A stretch of DNA of 64,000 nt, taken from NCBI GenBank assembly GCA_023396215.1, contig JAEWWW010000155.1, positions 2,530-66,529 on the forward strand. Direction: 5' to 3'. The DNA is from Bacillota bacterium (lineage in GTDB: Bacteria; Bacillota; Clostridia; Oscillospirales; Ruminococcaceae). Positions within the stretch are counted from its first letter, which is position 1, and each line of letters opens with the position of its first letter. Shown in pieces: positions 16,866 through 33,228 of the stretch. The notes under the pieces were generated by a model that saw only the letters and a list, made by a program, of their open reading frames with translations, was not told where the DNA came from and searched no databases. The position numbers and the translations under genes were made by a program.

Positions 16866-16908
16866 GGGTTTGGATGAGGTTCCGCCAGAGGCTTAGCCTC
16901 ACCCATAT

Positions 16909-16985
16909 GGTAGCGGTAGTCGGATTTGAACCAACGACACTTCGGGTATGAACCGAATGCTCTAGCCAACTGAGCTATACCGCCA
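16909..16985 (-). tRNA. tRNA-Met, elongator type (anticodon CAU), CCA encoded
   Basis: Reverse complement reads GGCGGTATAGCTCAGTTGGCTAGAGCATTCGGTTCATACCCGAAGTGTCGTTGGTTCAAATCCGACTACCGCTACCA. The anticodon loop is TTCATAC. It lacks the three G-C pairs in the anticodon stem that mark initiator tRNA. Confidence 0.9.
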
Positions 16986-17010
16986 TCTTCGCCCTGAGAA
17001 CGGGCGAATT

Positions 17011-17040
17011 TTATTATACTGGATTTCCAAGAGCTTTGTC
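17011..17040 (-). promoter_or_regulatory. Consensus sigma-A promoter of the tRNA-Met/tRNA-Glu operon
   Basis: Minus strand reads TTGACA (17040-17035), 18 bp, TATAAT (17016-17011). It lies about 25 nt upstream of tRNA-Met. Confidence 0.7.
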
Positions 17041-17074
17041 AATACCTATTTTTTAGGCTTTTATGCCATGTAAA

Positions 17075-18568
<1,494 letters not shown>

Positions 18569-18583
18569 TTATTCTGCCTTTTA

Positions 18584-18757
18584 GGGCAACACCGCACAAT
18601 TCACGGTTGCCGCCTTAAGCACTCTGTCGCTTGCGGATTTTCCGTAATCCTTCACAAAAATCCTCGGGAATACACCCAGTATTCCCTGCGGCTTTTGTTT
18701 TGGCTGACGAAAAATCCGCCGGCGCGCCAGAATACTTAGAATTGTGCGGTATTGCCC
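18584..18757 (+). repeat. Repeat family A, copy 2
   Basis: GGGCAACACCGCACAATTC ... GAATTGTGCGGTATTGCCC. Same orientation as copies 1 and 3. It lies between the guaB start and the gyrA stop. Confidence 0.85.
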
Positions 18758-18900
18758 TAAGTATTTTTACTATTCTATCCTAAATGCCCTTACGAATCAA
18801 GGACAAATTTACCCGGTTTGTTTTTGATGGCGGGATTGAAAGGCACGATTTTCCACACCGGCTTGTTGAACCGGTGGAAAACACGCGCACCTTGCGCAAG

Positions 18901-18933
18901 GGGGCAGCAGGCATTTGTTTCGCCTGCTGCCCC
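18901..18933. terminator. Hairpin 3' of gyrA (terminator-like)
   Basis: GGGGCAGCAGGC, 9-nt loop, GCCTGCTGCCCC, 17 nt after the gyrA stop. The T-rich tract is on the plus side only. Confidence 0.4.
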
Positions 18934-18950
18934 TATTTGTTTGTATAGCC

Positions 18951-21479
18951 CTATTCGATAATCAGCTCATCCTCGGGCGGGCCTGCGGCCTCCTCCGGCG
19001 GCTGGCAGCCCTCCTGCAGCTCGTCGGCGGGCTCTTCGCCCTCGGATTCTTCGTCCTCCTCCTCGCGGGGGGCGCAGGCCAGCGTCACCACGCGGGTTCC
19101 TTCGCCAACCCGCATCGCCTTCACGCCGCCGCCATAGCGGGATTGCTGCGCAACCTCGGCTGAGGGGATGCGGATAATCACCCCGTCGTCGCTGATGATA
19201 ATAACGTCGTCGGCTTCTTCCACCGCCGCAATACCGGCAACCTTGCCGTTTTTGTCGGTGTAATAGTTGCGAATGCCCTTGCCGCCGCGGGTTTGCAGGC
19301 GGAACTCCTCCATGTCGGTGCGGCGGCCAAGCCCGCGCTCCGAAACGGTGAGCAGAGTAGCCTCGGGGCGCACCATCGCCATACCCACCACCTGGTCGCC
19401 GGGGGAGAGGGTGATGGCCTTGACGCCGCGGGCGCTTCTGCCCATGGGGCGCACGTCGGTTTCGTTAAAGCGGATGGCCATGCCGTCCACCGTGGCAATA
19501 ATCAACTGGCTGTCGCCGTGGGTGTTGCGCACCCAGGCCAGCTCGTCCCCTTCATCCAGCGAGAGGGCGATGATGCCGCTTTTGCGCACATTGCGGTAGG
19601 CCGAGAGCAGCGTCCGCTTGATGATGCCCCCGCGGGTCACCATCATGAGGAAGGAGTCCTCGTCCATCTCGTCCACCCGGATAACCGAGGTTATTTTTTC
19701 GTCTTTTTCTACAGGCAGTATATTTACAATATTGTTGCCCCGTGATGTGCGGGAGCATTCGGGTATCTCATAGGCCTTGATGCGGTACATCTTGCCCTTG
19801 TTGGTAAAGAAGAGCACATAGTCGTGAGAGGAGCAGACAAACAGCTCAACCACAAAGTCTTCATCACGGCGGCTCATGCCCGAAACGCCCCTGCCGCCAC
19901 GCCGCTGGGTTTTGTAAACGTCGGCGGGCTGGCGCTTAATGTACCCAAAATGTGTCAGGGTGATGACGCAGTCCTCCACCGGGATGAGGTCCTCGATATC
20001 CACCTCGCCGCTGACGGCCTGTATCTCGGTGCGGCGCTCGTCGGCAAACTTGGCGCGGATGGTGGAGATTTCCTCCTTCACCACCGCAAGCTGGCGGGCG
20101 GGGTCAGCAAGAATGCTCTCCAGCTCAACAATTTTGGCAGCCAGTTGGGCCAGCTCTTCCTCAATCTTTTCGCGCTCAAGGCCGGTGAGCTGCCCCAGAC
20201 GCATGTTGACAATGGCCTGCGCCTGCGGCTCGCTCATGTTAAAGCGGTCGATAAGCGCCTGACGGCCCTCGGGTATCGTCTTAGAGGCCCGCAGCAGCGC
20301 AATTACCTCATCAATGAAATCCAGCGCAATCTTGAGGCCCTCTAAAATGTGGGCGCGCTCCTTGGCTTTGTTCAGGTCAAAGCGGGTGCGGCGCTCGATA
20401 ATCTGCTGCTGAAACTCAAGGTAGCTGACCAGCATCTCCCGCAGGGTCATCACCTTGGGGATGCCCTTATCCAGCGCCAGCATGATGACGCCCACCGTCT
20501 CCTGCAGCTGGGTGTAGGAGTAAAGCTGGTTGAGCACCAACTGGGCGTTGGCGTCCCTTTTGAGCTCGATGACGATGCGCATGCCCTCGCGGTCGGATTC
20601 ATCCCGCAGGTCGCTGATCTGGTCAATGCGTTTTTCCTTGACCAAATCGGCGATGCTCTCTATCAGCCGGGCCTTGTTCACCATGTAGGGTATCTCGGTG
20701 ACGACGATGCGTTCCCGGTTGTTCTTATGCTCCTCAATGGCTGCCCGGCCCCGCAGCAATACCCGGCCGCGGCCGGTGGCGTAGGCCGCGCGAATGCCGC
20801 TGCGCCCCATGATGATGCCTCCGGTGGGGAAGTCGGGGCCTTTGATGCAACCCATCAGCTCTTCAAGGGCGGCATCGGGATTTTCTATCAAAAGGTTGAT
20901 GGCGTCGATAACCTCGCCCAGATTGTGGGGCGGGATATTGGTTGCCATGCCCACCGCGATACCGGTGGAGCCGTTGACCAGCAGGTTGGGAAAGCGGGAG
21001 GGCAGCACCTGCGGCTCACGCTTGTTGTCGTTGTAGTTGGGGGCATAGTCCACCGTCTCTTTTTCAATATCGGTGAGCATATGCACCGCCATTTTGCTCA
21101 TGCGGGATTCGGTATAACGATAATCGGCGGGGGGGTCGCCATCCACCGAGCCGAAGTTGCCGTGGCCGTCGATGAGGGGGTACCGCATCGAAAAATCCTG
21201 CGCCATGCGCACCATAGCATCATAGACCGAGCTGTCGCCGTGGGGGTGGTAATCGCCCAGCACGGCGCCCACCGTTTCGGCCGACTTGCGGTAGGCCTTA
21301 TCGGGGGTGGAGCCTTTTTCATAGGTGGTGTAAAGAATGCGGCGGTGCACCGGTTTCAGACCGTCCCTGACGTCGGGCAGGGCACGCCCCGCAATCACCG
21401 ACATTGAATAGTCGAGATAGCTTTTCTTCATCTCTTTTTCAATATCGACCTGTATGACCTTTGTTCCGTCCTCTATCAT
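18951..21479 (-). CDS. gyrA: DNA gyrase subunit A
   Basis: N-terminal [32 protein letters not shown], active-site Tyr region and an acidic C-terminal tail. The ATG at 21479 follows AAAGGTGA. The ORF track begins at GTG 21488. Confidence 0.96.
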   Translation of the reverse strand: MIEDGTKVIQVDIEKEMKKSYLDYSMSVIAGRALPDVRDGLKPVHRRILYTTYEKGSTPDKAYRKSAETVGAVLGDYHPHGDSSVYDAMVRMAQDFSMRYPLIDGHGNFGSVDGDPPADYRYTESRMSKMAVHMLTDIEKETVDYAPNYNDNKREPQVLPSRFPNLLVNGSTGIAVGMATNIPPHNLGEVIDAINLLIENPDAALEELMGCIKGPDFPTGGIIMGRSGIRAAYATGRGRVLLRGRAAIEEHKNNRERIVVTEIPYMVNKARLIESIADLVKEKRIDQISDLRDESDREGMRIVIELKRDANAQLVLNQLYSYTQLQETVGVIMLALDKGIPKVMTLREMLVSYLEFQQQIIERRTRFDLNKAKERAHILEGLKIALDFIDEVIALLRASKTIPEGRQALIDRFNMSEPQAQAIVNMRLGQLTGLEREKIEEELAQLAAKIVELESILADPARQLAVVKEEISTIRAKFADERRTEIQAVSGEVDIEDLIPVEDCVITLTHFGYIKRQPADVYKTQRRGGRGVSGMSRRDEDFVVELFVCSSHDYVLFFTNKGKMYRIKAYEIPECSRTSRGNNIVNILPVEKDEKITSVIRVDEMDEDSFLMMVTRGGIIKRTLLSAYRNVRKSGIIALSLDEGDELAWVRNTHGDSQLIIATVDGMAIRFNETDVRPMGRSARGVKAITLSPGDQVVGMAMVRPEATLLTVSERGLGRRTDMEEFRLQTRGGKGIRNYYTDKNGKVAGIAAVEEADDVIIISDDGVIIRIPSAEVAQQSRYGGGVKAMRVGEGTRVVTLACAPREEEDEESEGEEPADELQEGCQPPEEAAGPPEDELIIE

Positions 21480-21546
21480 TTGGTTCACCTTTTCTTTCCC
21501 TTGGCTGCCGCTTTACCGCAGCCCTTCGTTTTGTATCCCCACAGGC

Positions 21547-22158
21547 CTAAGCCTGTATTTTTCCCCTGTCGTCCAGCTCAAAATAGCGGCGGCCTTTGCC
21601 AAGCTGCACCTCCAAAAGCTGCTTTAAAAGAGGCAGGTTTCGGTCAAGGGCCGATTTTCGCAGCGCCAGCAGGCGGTTGTTCCCCACCACCAGCAGAATA
21701 TATTCCCGGTTCTCATAGGCGGTCATCGCCCGGTAGGGGAGAGCGCCAATCTGGCCTTCCTGCCGGACCTGCATCCCGGTGGCATAAAACTGCAGCAAGC
21801 CCTGCTTTTTTTCGGCGGCATACCGCCGGGCCGTGTGCCTGCGCATGAGCACCGGCCTGAACCATTGCAGCAGCAGGGCAACCACAGCCGCCACCCCGAT
21901 GGCAGCGGCCAAAAGCGGGTCGTTTTGGTAAAGGGAATAGACGGCATAGACCGCCATTACCACCAGCAGCAGCATCGAGGCAATCTCGCTTTTGCGGCTT
22001 CTCTGACTGTCAAGGAGGGCGAGCCCCTTCAGGATATCCTCCCGGTCCTGCTGATACTCCACTGCCAGCAGCGGCTGCTGGCCTTCAAAGCTGAGGGCAG
22101 GTGCGGGCGCGGCGGGCGGTTCGGCTTGCTTCGCAGTTTTTTTCCCAAACAGGGCCAT
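21547..22158 (-). CDS. Hypothetical membrane protein (two central TM helices; YcxB-like topology)
   Basis: The ATG at 22158 follows AAAGGAGAG. TM helices are IASMLLLVVMAVYAVYSL and LLAAAIGVAAVVALLLQW. The ORF-track extension overlaps the gyrB stop. Confidence 0.55.
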   Translation of the reverse strand: MALFGKKTAKQAEPPAAPAPALSFEGQQPLLAVEYQQDREDILKGLALLDSQRSRKSEIASMLLLVVMAVYAVYSLYQNDPLLAAAIGVAAVVALLLQWFRPVLMRRHTARRYAAEKKQGLLQFYATGMQVRQEGQIGALPYRAMTAYENREYILLVVGNNRLLALRKSALDRNLPLLKQLLEVQLGKGRRYFELDDRGKIQA

Positions 22159-22192
22159 AATTTCGGCTCTCCTTTTATTAAATATCCCGGTT

Positions 22193-24405
<2,213 letters not shown>

Positions 24406-24434
<29 letters not shown>

Positions 24435-25545
24435 CGCACCCCCCTTCTTCCGAAATAATCGCCCCCTGCCTCACCTGAAAGCAGCGGGGCTGCCCCAAAC
24501 GGGCAAAGGCCTCCCGGTCACAGCAGGTGATAAATACCTGACTGCCGCCAAGGCCGGAAAGCAGATAATCCCGCCGGCCCTGGTCCAGCTCGCTTAAAAC
24601 ATCGTCCAGCAAAATCACCGGCTGTTCCTCCAACACCTCTTTAATCAGGGTGCATTCGGCCAGCTTCAGGGCGAGGGCACAACTGCGCTGCTGCCCCTGA
24701 GAGCCAAAGGCCCTCGCGCTTTTGCCGTCCAGCGTAATCTCCAAATCGTCCCGGTGGGGGCCGATGGTGGTGGCGCCCAGCCGGATATCCTCGCGGCGGG
24801 CTGCCAGCAGCGCCCGGTAGATGCTGCTCGTCCCGTCGCCCTCCCAGGGGGGGCCCTCCAGCGGCAGGGTGGTGCGGTAGGCCAAATCAAAGGCTTCGGC
24901 CCCGGCCGACATTCCCTCGTAGATGCGCATCGCGTGCTCCCTCAGCCGGGCGGTGTAACGCCCTCTGGCCTTGATGATATACCAGGAAAGGCAGGCCATC
25001 CGCTCATCCCAAATGTCCAGGAGGCTTTCGGGCTGGTTGCGGCGGGCAATCTCGCCCAGCAGCGCCGCCCGTTGGGCCAATACCCGGTTAAGCTCCCCCA
25101 GATGCTTGCCATAGCGGGGCAATATCTGTGAAATGGCGCCGTCCAGCAGCCGTCTGCGGCCGGAGGGGCCATCCTTTATCAGCGAAAGATGCTCGGGCGA
25201 AAAGACCACCGCGGGGAACTGCCCCGCCAGCTTGGCCCGGCTCTCCAGCGGCACCCCGTTGAGATGGGCCGCCGCCTTGCTCCCCAGCGTCAGTTGGGCG
25301 GTTTGCGGCCGCCCCGCCGCCTCAAAGCCCACGGTGAGCCTGCCATTTTGCTTGCCGAAGGGCAGCAGCTCGCTTTGGGTGGCGCCCCGAAAGCTGCGCC
25401 CGCCGGTAAAGAGCCAGACGGCCTCCAGCAGGTTGGTTTTTCCCTGTGCGTTATCGCCGTAGATGACGTTCACCCCCGGGCCGGGCACAAGGGTCAACTG
25501 TTGTATGTTGCGAAAATCGGTCAGCTCAAGACTGGTTATCTTCAC
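24406..25545 (-). CDS. recF: DNA replication/repair protein RecF
   Basis: The GTG start gives [42 protein letters not shown] (Walker A). SMC-type signature GSQGQQRS and Walker B ILLDDV are present. The ORF-track N-terminal extension is not RecF-like. Confidence 0.92.
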
Positions 25546-25759
25546 TGAACGCAACCTCAAGAATCTCGTCCTCCAGCCGGACGCTGTCGCCGGGGCGCAG
25601 CTTTTTGCCCCGCTGCAGGCAGGTTTCGCCGTTGACGCTGACCATGCCCTCGGCAATCAGCTCCTTGGCGTGGCCGCCGGTTTCTACCAAACCGGCAAAT
25701 TTCAGCAGCGCATCCAGCCGGATGAATTCGGTATCGATGGTTATCTTTTGCAGGCTCAT
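25526..25759 (-). CDS. yaaA: S4-domain RNA-binding protein YaaA
   Basis: About 77 aa with [33 protein letters not shown]. It holds the conserved position between dnaN and recF. Confidence 0.85.
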   Translation of the reverse strand: MSLQKITIDTEFIRLDALLKFAGLVETGGHAKELIAEGMVSVNGETCLQRGKKLRPGDSVRLEDEILEVAFSEDNQS

Positions 25760-25814
25760 TATCGGCCCCACCTTTCGGCCCGGCTGCCAAAGCCTCCGGA
25801 CTGCAAAACAAAAA

Positions 25815-26918
25815 TCAGTCGTTCTTCAGCCGCACCGGCAGCACGAGGAAGAGAAAATCCTCCCCCTGCGGGGGCAGCACCTTCATGGGCGAGGTGGGGC
25901 CGCTCAGCTCAAGCACCACCATATCACATCCTGTGGCCCGCAATGCGTCGATTAAAAAGCGGTTGTTAAAGCCTACCTCCACCTCGGGGCCCTGGATGGT
26001 GCTGCCGACCTCGTCATAGGCGCTGCCCATGGCGGTGGAGCAGGAAATTTGAATCAGTTCCCGCCCAAAGCGCACCCGCAGCGGGCTTTTGAGACGGTCC
26101 TGTATCAGCAGCGAGGTGCGGTCGATGCTGTCCATCAATTCGCGGGTCTGCACCGTCACAGTGGTCTGGGCCGCGGTGGGTATCGCCGCCCGGTAGTTTA
26201 AAAATTCGCCCTCCAGCAGGCGCGAAACCACTGTATAATGCCCCACCCCAAAGAGAATATGCTTTTTGGATACCTGTAGCGCCACCGGGGTGTCGTCGTC
26301 CTCCAGCAGCCGCAGCAGGTCGGAAAGGGTCTTGCCCGGCACGATAAAGCTCAGCTTGCCCTCATACTTCATCGGCTCGCGGCGCATGGCCAGCCGGTAG
26401 CCGTCCACCGAAACAATGGTCAGATGCTCGCCGTCCAGCTCAAAAAGCGAACCGGTATGCACCGGCTTGGAGTCAGAAACCGCAATGGCAAAGTGGGTTT
26501 GCCCAATCATTGACGCAAGGGTGCTCTGGGGCAGCGAGAGGGTGGAGGTATCGGTCAGGGCCGGCAGCTCGGGGAACTCGGCGGCAGGCTGGCCTAAAAT
26601 CGAATACTGGGCGACCCCGCTTTTCAGCTCGGTCATCATCCTTTGGTTACAGGAGATAGAAATCTCTTCGGCGGGCATCCGGCGCACGATATCGGCCAAC
26701 AGCTTGGCTGAGAGCACCACCTCGCCCTCCTCCTGCACCCGGGCCTCAATCGAGGTAGCAATCCCCAGCTCCAAATCATAGCCGGTGAGGAAGAGCCGCC
26801 CCTCCTTTGCAGCAAAGAGAATACCCTCCAGCGCGGGCAGGCTGGATTTGGAAGAAACTGCCAAAGATACGCTGGTGATAGCGGTGGACAGAGATTGTTT
26901 GTCGCAGATTACTTTCAA
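25815..26918 (-). CDS. dnaN: DNA polymerase III subunit beta (sliding clamp)
   Basis: Three-domain clamp pattern of about 367 aa. TTG at 26918 follows GAGGTGA by 5 nt. The ORF track starts at GTG 26927. Confidence 0.95.
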   Translation of the reverse strand: MKVICDKQSLSTAITSVSLAVSSKSSLPALEGILFAAKEGRLFLTGYDLELGIATSIEARVQEEGEVVLSAKLLADIVRRMPAEEISISCNQRMMTELKSGVAQYSILGQPAAEFPELPALTDTSTLSLPQSTLASMIGQTHFAIAVSDSKPVHTGSLFELDGEHLTIVSVDGYRLAMRREPMKYEGKLSFIVPGKTLSDLLRLLEDDDTPVALQVSKKHILFGVGHYTVVSRLLEGEFLNYRAAIPTAAQTTVTVQTRELMDSIDRTSLLIQDRLKSPLRVRFGRELIQISCSTAMGSAYDEVGSTIQGPEVEVGFNNRFLIDALRATGCDMVVLELSGPTSPMKVLPPQGEDFLFLVLPVRLKND

Positions 26919-27020
26919 GTTTGTCACCTCGGATTTTAAATTAGAAGTCCTTTGGGTTTTGCAGGAGATTTGCCGGGGATGGTGGGGCGATTTTATTCAC
27001 AGCCCCTTAATCGGGCAGAT

Positions 27021-27074
27021 AGAAGAGAATAGATATAAAGATAAAATAGTAGTAGTAGTAGGCCCGGTGGATAT
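27021..27074 (-). promoter_or_regulatory. oriC unwinding module: AT-rich DUE, five DnaA-trios, GC clamp, DnaA box
   Basis: AGAAGAGAATAGATATAAAGATAAAA (27021-27046), then TAGTAGTAGTAGTAG (27047-27061), then GCCCGG, then GGTGGATAT (27066-27074, 7/9 match to TGTGGATAA). Confidence 0.75.
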
Positions 27075-27148
27075 GTTGAAATCTCTGTAAAGGCGCGCCG
27101 GCGCTGGTTTTTTCGCCTTTGCCCTCCAATAATACCGGTTGTCTTTTT

Positions 27149-27217
27149 TGTGAACAAGTGAAAAGCGGCTGTTGCTTTCCACACGGTTGTGAACAAAGCC
27201 TGTGAACTTGTGAACAA
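27149..27217 (+). promoter_or_regulatory. oriC DnaA-box cluster in the dnaA-dnaN spacer
   Basis: TGTGAACAA at 27149, 27188 and 27209; TGTGAACTT at 27201; CTTTCCACA at 27175. The four TGTGAAC-type boxes are co-oriented on the plus strand; CTTTCCACA reads as the opposite-strand TTATCCACA form. The boxes are 2-mismatch variants of TGTGGATAA. Confidence 0.75.
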
Positions 27218-27337
27218 CCGGTGCAAAAACCGGCCGGTTTCGGGGGCCGATTTTTCCGCGCCTTTTTCCCTGTTCATTCTATGGAATGTTGAATGTTGAT
27301 AAAACCGGCGGCCCGGCAACTTTATCGTCAGCCTGCG

Positions 27338-28675
27338 CTATTTATCCCGCACGTTTTTGACGATATCCTCTATGGTTTCGCGGTAGTGGCTGTCCTGCTC
27401 CATGTTTTTTTCCACCTGCTGAATGGCGTAGACCACAGTGGAGTGGTCGCGGCCGCCAAACTCCTCGCCGATGGTGGACATCGACATCTGGGTAATCTCC
27501 CGCACGATGTACATCGAAATCTGCCGGGCCGAGGATATCTGCGCCGAACGTTTGCTGGAGCGGATGTCGGCGGGGGTGACCCCATAGGTGCGGGAAACCT
27601 CCGAGATGATGCGCTCCACCGTGATGGGGATGGGCTGGTTGTCGTTGAGGATATCCCGGATGGCGTTCTGGGCGATGAGCACCGAGGGGTTGGAGCCGGC
27701 AAGCTGCTTGTAGGCCTTAAGCTTTTTCACCGCGCCCTCCAACTGACGGATGTTGGTTTTCAGGCGGTTGGCGATATATTCCGAAACCTCGTCGGGAATA
27801 TGGATATCCAGCAGCTCGGCCTTGCGGCGGATGATGGCGATGCGGGTTTCAAAATCGGGGGGCTGAATGTCGGCCAGCAGGCCCCACTCAAAGCGGGTAC
27901 GCAGCCTGTCCTCCAGCGTTTTAATCTCCTTGGGCGGCCGGTCGGAGGTGAGCACAATCTGCTTGCCCTCCTGATAGAGGGTGTTGAAGGTGTGAAAGAA
28001 CTCCTCCTGGGTGCTTTCCTTGCCGCCGATGAACTGGACGTCGTCCATGAGCAGAACGTCGAGGTTGCGGTATTTATCGTGGAACTGGCTGGTGGTTTCC
28101 TCTTTAATCGCCTGAATGAGGTCGTTGGTAAACTCCTCGCCCTTGACATAGATGATTTTCGCGTCCTTGTTGGACATTATAATCTCTTCGTTGATGGCGT
28201 AGAGCAGGTGGGTTTTGCCCAGCCCCGAGCCGCCGTAGATAAACAGCGGGTTGTAGGAGCGCGAAGGGTTGGTGGCCACCGCCAGCGCCGCCGCGTGGGC
28301 AAACTTGTTGGAGGAGCCCACAATGAAGTTGGCGAAGGTGTATTCGTAATCTCCCCCCATCGAAACAAAATCCAGCGCTTCACCCTGAAGACCGCTGGAG
28401 TGAAACTTCTCGGTGGGGGCGGTGCCCGGTGGCTCGCAGAGAATTTTGACCTCCAGCCCGAAGCCCAGCACCGATTCCAGCGCCCGTTGCAGCAGGTCGA
28501 GGTATTTTTCCTCTATGATATTTTTCTTAAACTCTGAACGGACAAACAAAGTCGCCACCGAGCTGTCCATTCTGACCGGCTCGATGTCCTTAATCCAAAG
28601 GTTGAAGGCGACGTCCGAAAGCTCGCCCCGGCAGTACTCCCGTACAAGGGCAAATATTTCACGAAAGGATTCCAT
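27338..28675 (-). CDS. dnaA: Chromosomal replication initiator protein DnaA
   Basis: 445 aa. AAA+ Walker A GGSGLGKTHLL, Walker B LLMDDVQF, and the domain IV DNA-binding helix. GGGGAGGAAAC RBS. Confidence 0.97.
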   Translation of the reverse strand: MESFREIFALVREYCRGELSDVAFNLWIKDIEPVRMDSSVATLFVRSEFKKNIIEEKYLDLLQRALESVLGFGLEVKILCEPPGTAPTEKFHSSGLQGEALDFVSMGGDYEYTFANFIVGSSNKFAHAAALAVATNPSRSYNPLFIYGGSGLGKTHLLYAINEEIIMSNKDAKIIYVKGEEFTNDLIQAIKEETTSQFHDKYRNLDVLLMDDVQFIGGKESTQEEFFHTFNTLYQEGKQIVLTSDRPPKEIKTLEDRLRTRFEWGLLADIQPPDFETRIAIIRRKAELLDIHIPDEVSEYIANRLKTNIRQLEGAVKKLKAYKQLAGSNPSVLIAQNAIRDILNDNQPIPITVERIISEVSRTYGVTPADIRSSKRSAQISSARQISMYIVREITQMSMSTIGEEFGGRDHSTVVYAIQQVEKNMEQDSHYRETIEDIVKNVRDK

Positions 28676-28862
28676 TTGTGTTGTTTCCTCCCCATATGGG
28701 CTAGTTAATTTTTTTGCAGGGCCGCCAATGGGCTGCGCAGCAGGCCGATTGTTGAAAATCGGTATAATCAGCGGGAAAGGCTGTTGAATCTTTTAGGAAT
28801 CAACACCCTTCCCACCGGTTTTTCTTCTGCAATTGTATCACGAAAGCACTCTTTTTTCAAGG

Positions 28863-28929
28863 TTTTCCACAGCCTGAAACAGGCTATATATATAAATGTA
28901 TAAATTAAAGCCCCAAAAGGGTGGAAAAG
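28863..28929. promoter_or_regulatory. Putative upstream oriC/dnaA-promoter module: inverted DnaA-box-like pair flanking an AT-rich tract
   Basis: TTTTCCACA (28863-28871, 8/9) and GGTGGAAAA (28920-28928, 7/9, opposite orientation) flank ATATATATAAATGTATAAATTAAAG (28886-28911). Confidence 0.4.
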
Positions 28930-29131
28930 CCGGAGCTTCAGTCGCCTTTTGGGCAAAAAACCCCCTGTTTCTACAAAAGAAAAAGTTTTGGGCAGGGCAC
29001 GAAGCTCCCCTCGTGAGCCCCCCGATATTTGGCTATTTGCAGCGGGGGGCCTTGTGTGATAAAATAAGGCCTGTTATAAACCGTCTGTCCGCTTCACATA
29101 GGGCCGGGCGGCGGCAGGGAGGCCGTAAACC

Positions 29132-30508
29132 ATGGCAGCTTTTGAAACAACCATCGCCGCGATATCCACCCCCCCCGGGCAGGGGGCGGTGGGTATGGTG
29201 CGCCTTTCCGGCCCCGATGCCCGCGCCATTGGGCGGCGGGTATTTCGCCCCATGGATAAAAGCCGCGCTCTGGAGCAGCTTGCGGGCTATACCGGCTGTC
29301 TGGGCCGGGTGTTTGATGAGGCGGGCGACATTGACGAGGCGGTGGCCTTTGTCTATCAGGCCCCCAAAAGCTACACCGGCGAGGACGTGGTGGAGCTCTG
29401 CTGCCACGGGGGCAGCTTTCTGCTGGCCCGCGTGCTGGGGGCAGCGCTGGCGGCGGGGGCCGCCCCTGCCGGGCCGGGGGAGTTCACCAAGCGGGCTTTC
29501 TTAAACGGCAAGCTCTCGCTGGACGAGGCCGAGTCGGTGATGGGGCTGGTGTCGGCCCACTCCGACAGCGCTGCCCGGGCCGCTCTCGCCGCCCGCGACG
29601 GCGCCCTGACCAACGAAATCGCCGCCTGCGCCGACCGTCTGGTCGACCTTGCGGCCCATCTGGCCGCCTGGGTGGATTACCCTGAGGAGGACATCCCCCA
29701 GGTGGAGGAGGCCGCGCTGGTGGCCACCCTCGGCGAGGTGGCCGGGCGGCTGCAATCGCTGACCGGGGGCTACCGCCGGGGCCGCATCCTGCGCGAAGGG
29801 GTGGATACCGTCATCGCGGGGCGGCCCAACGTGGGCAAATCCACCCTGATGAACGTCCTCGCAGGCAGCCAGCGCAGCATCGTCACCGATATCCCCGGCA
29901 CCACCCGTGACGTGGTGGAGGATACGGTGCGGCTGGGCGGGCTGCTGCTGCGGCTTTCAGACACCGCCGGGCTGCGCCAAACCGACGACCCGGTGGAACA
30001 GGCGGGGGTGGCGCTGACCAACAGCAGGCTGGAAAGCTGCGATCTGGTACTGGCGGTCTTTGACGGCGGCCTGCCGCTGGAGGAGGAGGATGCCGCCCTG
30101 CTGGCGCGGCTCAGGGACAGGCTCTGCGTCGGGGTGGTCAACAAGGCCGACCGGCCGCTGCTGCTGGATATCCGCCCCATAAGAGAGGCTCTGCCCGCCG
30201 TGGTCGAGCTTTCGGCCAAAACGGGGGAGGGGATTGGCCAGCTGGAGGAAGCGGTTACCCGGCTGCTGGGGCTGGCAAAGCTGGACCCCGCCGCCCCCAT
30301 GCTGCATACCCACCGTCAGCTGGACTGTGTCCGCCGGGCGTTGGAGGAGCTGAATCAGGCCACCGCGGCCCTCACCGAGGGGCAGACGCTGGATGCGGTG
30401 TCGGTCTGTGTGGACGGCGCTATCGACGCGCTGCTGGAGCTTACCGGGCAGCGGGCCTCGGCCGCCGTGGTGGACAGGGTGTTTCACAACTTCTGCGTGG
30501 GCAAATAA
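29132..30508 (+). CDS. mnmE: tRNA modification GTPase MnmE
   Basis: 458 aa. G1 GRPNVGKST, DTAG, NKAD, and the C-terminal FCVGK (CxGK) motif. Confidence 0.95.
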   Translation: MAAFETTIAAISTPPGQGAVGMVRLSGPDARAIGRRVFRPMDKSRALEQLAGYTGCLGRVFDEAGDIDEAVAFVYQAPKSYTGEDVVELCCHGGSFLLARVLGAALAAGAAPAGPGEFTKRAFLNGKLSLDEAESVMGLVSAHSDSAARAALAARDGALTNEIAACADRLVDLAAHLAAWVDYPEEDIPQVEEAALVATLGEVAGRLQSLTGGYRRGRILREGVDTVIAGRPNVGKSTLMNVLAGSQRSIVTDIPGTTRDVVEDTVRLGGLLLRLSDTAGLRQTDDPVEQAGVALTNSRLESCDLVLAVFDGGLPLEEEDAALLARLRDRLCVGVVNKADRPLLLDIRPIREALPAVVELSAKTGEGIGQLEEAVTRLLGLAKLDPAAPMLHTHRQLDCVRRALEELNQATAALTEGQTLDAVSVCVDGAIDALLELTGQRASAAVVDRVFHNFCVGK

Positions 30509-30647
30509 ACACAAATAGAACTATACTGTTTGTATTTTAAACAAGAGTTTATACCTGTTTACGCAGGGAATTGCTTGCCTTATAAATACATTAAGTATAA
30601 TAGATGACTAATTATACAATTTTGCTTTTATCTGGCAGGGAGGCTTT

Positions 30648-32520
<1,873 letters not shown>

Positions 32521-32528
<8 letters not shown>

Positions 32529-33228
32529 TCGCAGCTACTTACAGGAGCAGGCCGCAGCCTTTGGCATCGCCCTGACCGGCGACATGCTGGAAAAGCTGGA
32601 TACCTACGCCCAACTGCTGGTGGATTGGAACCAGCGGGTCAACCTGACTGCCATCACCCAGCCGCGGGAGATTACGGTGAAACACTTTCTGGATAGCCTG
32701 CTGCTGGCGGCGGTGGTCCCGCTGCCCGAGGGCTGCTCGCTGGTGGATGTGGGCACCGGGGCGGGGTTCCCCGGCCTGCCGGTGAAAATTTTGCGGCCCG
32801 ATGTGAAGCTCACCCTGCTGGATAGCCTCAACAAGCGGCTGGTATTTTTAGAGGCGCTCTGCGGCGAGCTGGGCGTCGAAGCCCGGCGGGTACACGCCCG
32901 TGCCGAGGAGGCGGGGCGAGGCGCGCTGCGGGAAGGCTTTGATTTAGCCACCGCCCGGGCGGTGGCATCTCTTTCGCAGCTCTGCGAATACTGCCTGCCG
33001 CTGGTGCGGGCAGGGGGGCGGTTTGTGGCCCTCAAAGGCCCCGAGGTAGAGCAGGAGGCCGGCCAGGCCGAAAAGGCGATTGCCCTTTTGGGGGGCAGGC
33101 TGGCTGAGATCCGCCACCTAAATCTGCCCGATGGCAGCGCCCGCAGCTTTGTCATTATAGAGAAAATATCGCAAACTCCGGCAAAATACCCCCGCCAATC
33201 AGCAAAAATTACCAAAAGTCCCCTATAA
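32521..33228 (+). CDS. rsmG: 16S rRNA (guanine527-N7)-methyltransferase RsmG
   Basis: 235 aa. NLTAI, the SAM-binding motif DVGTGAGFPGLP, and an 8-nt overlap with the mnmG stop. Confidence 0.93.

Noticed and set aside
29050-29063. TGTGTGATAA, and TGTTGAAAA/TGTTGAATC-type sequences upstream of dnaA, considered as further DnaA boxes.
   Set aside because: Each has three or more mismatches or an indel relative to TGTGGATAA, which makes them indistinguishable from background.
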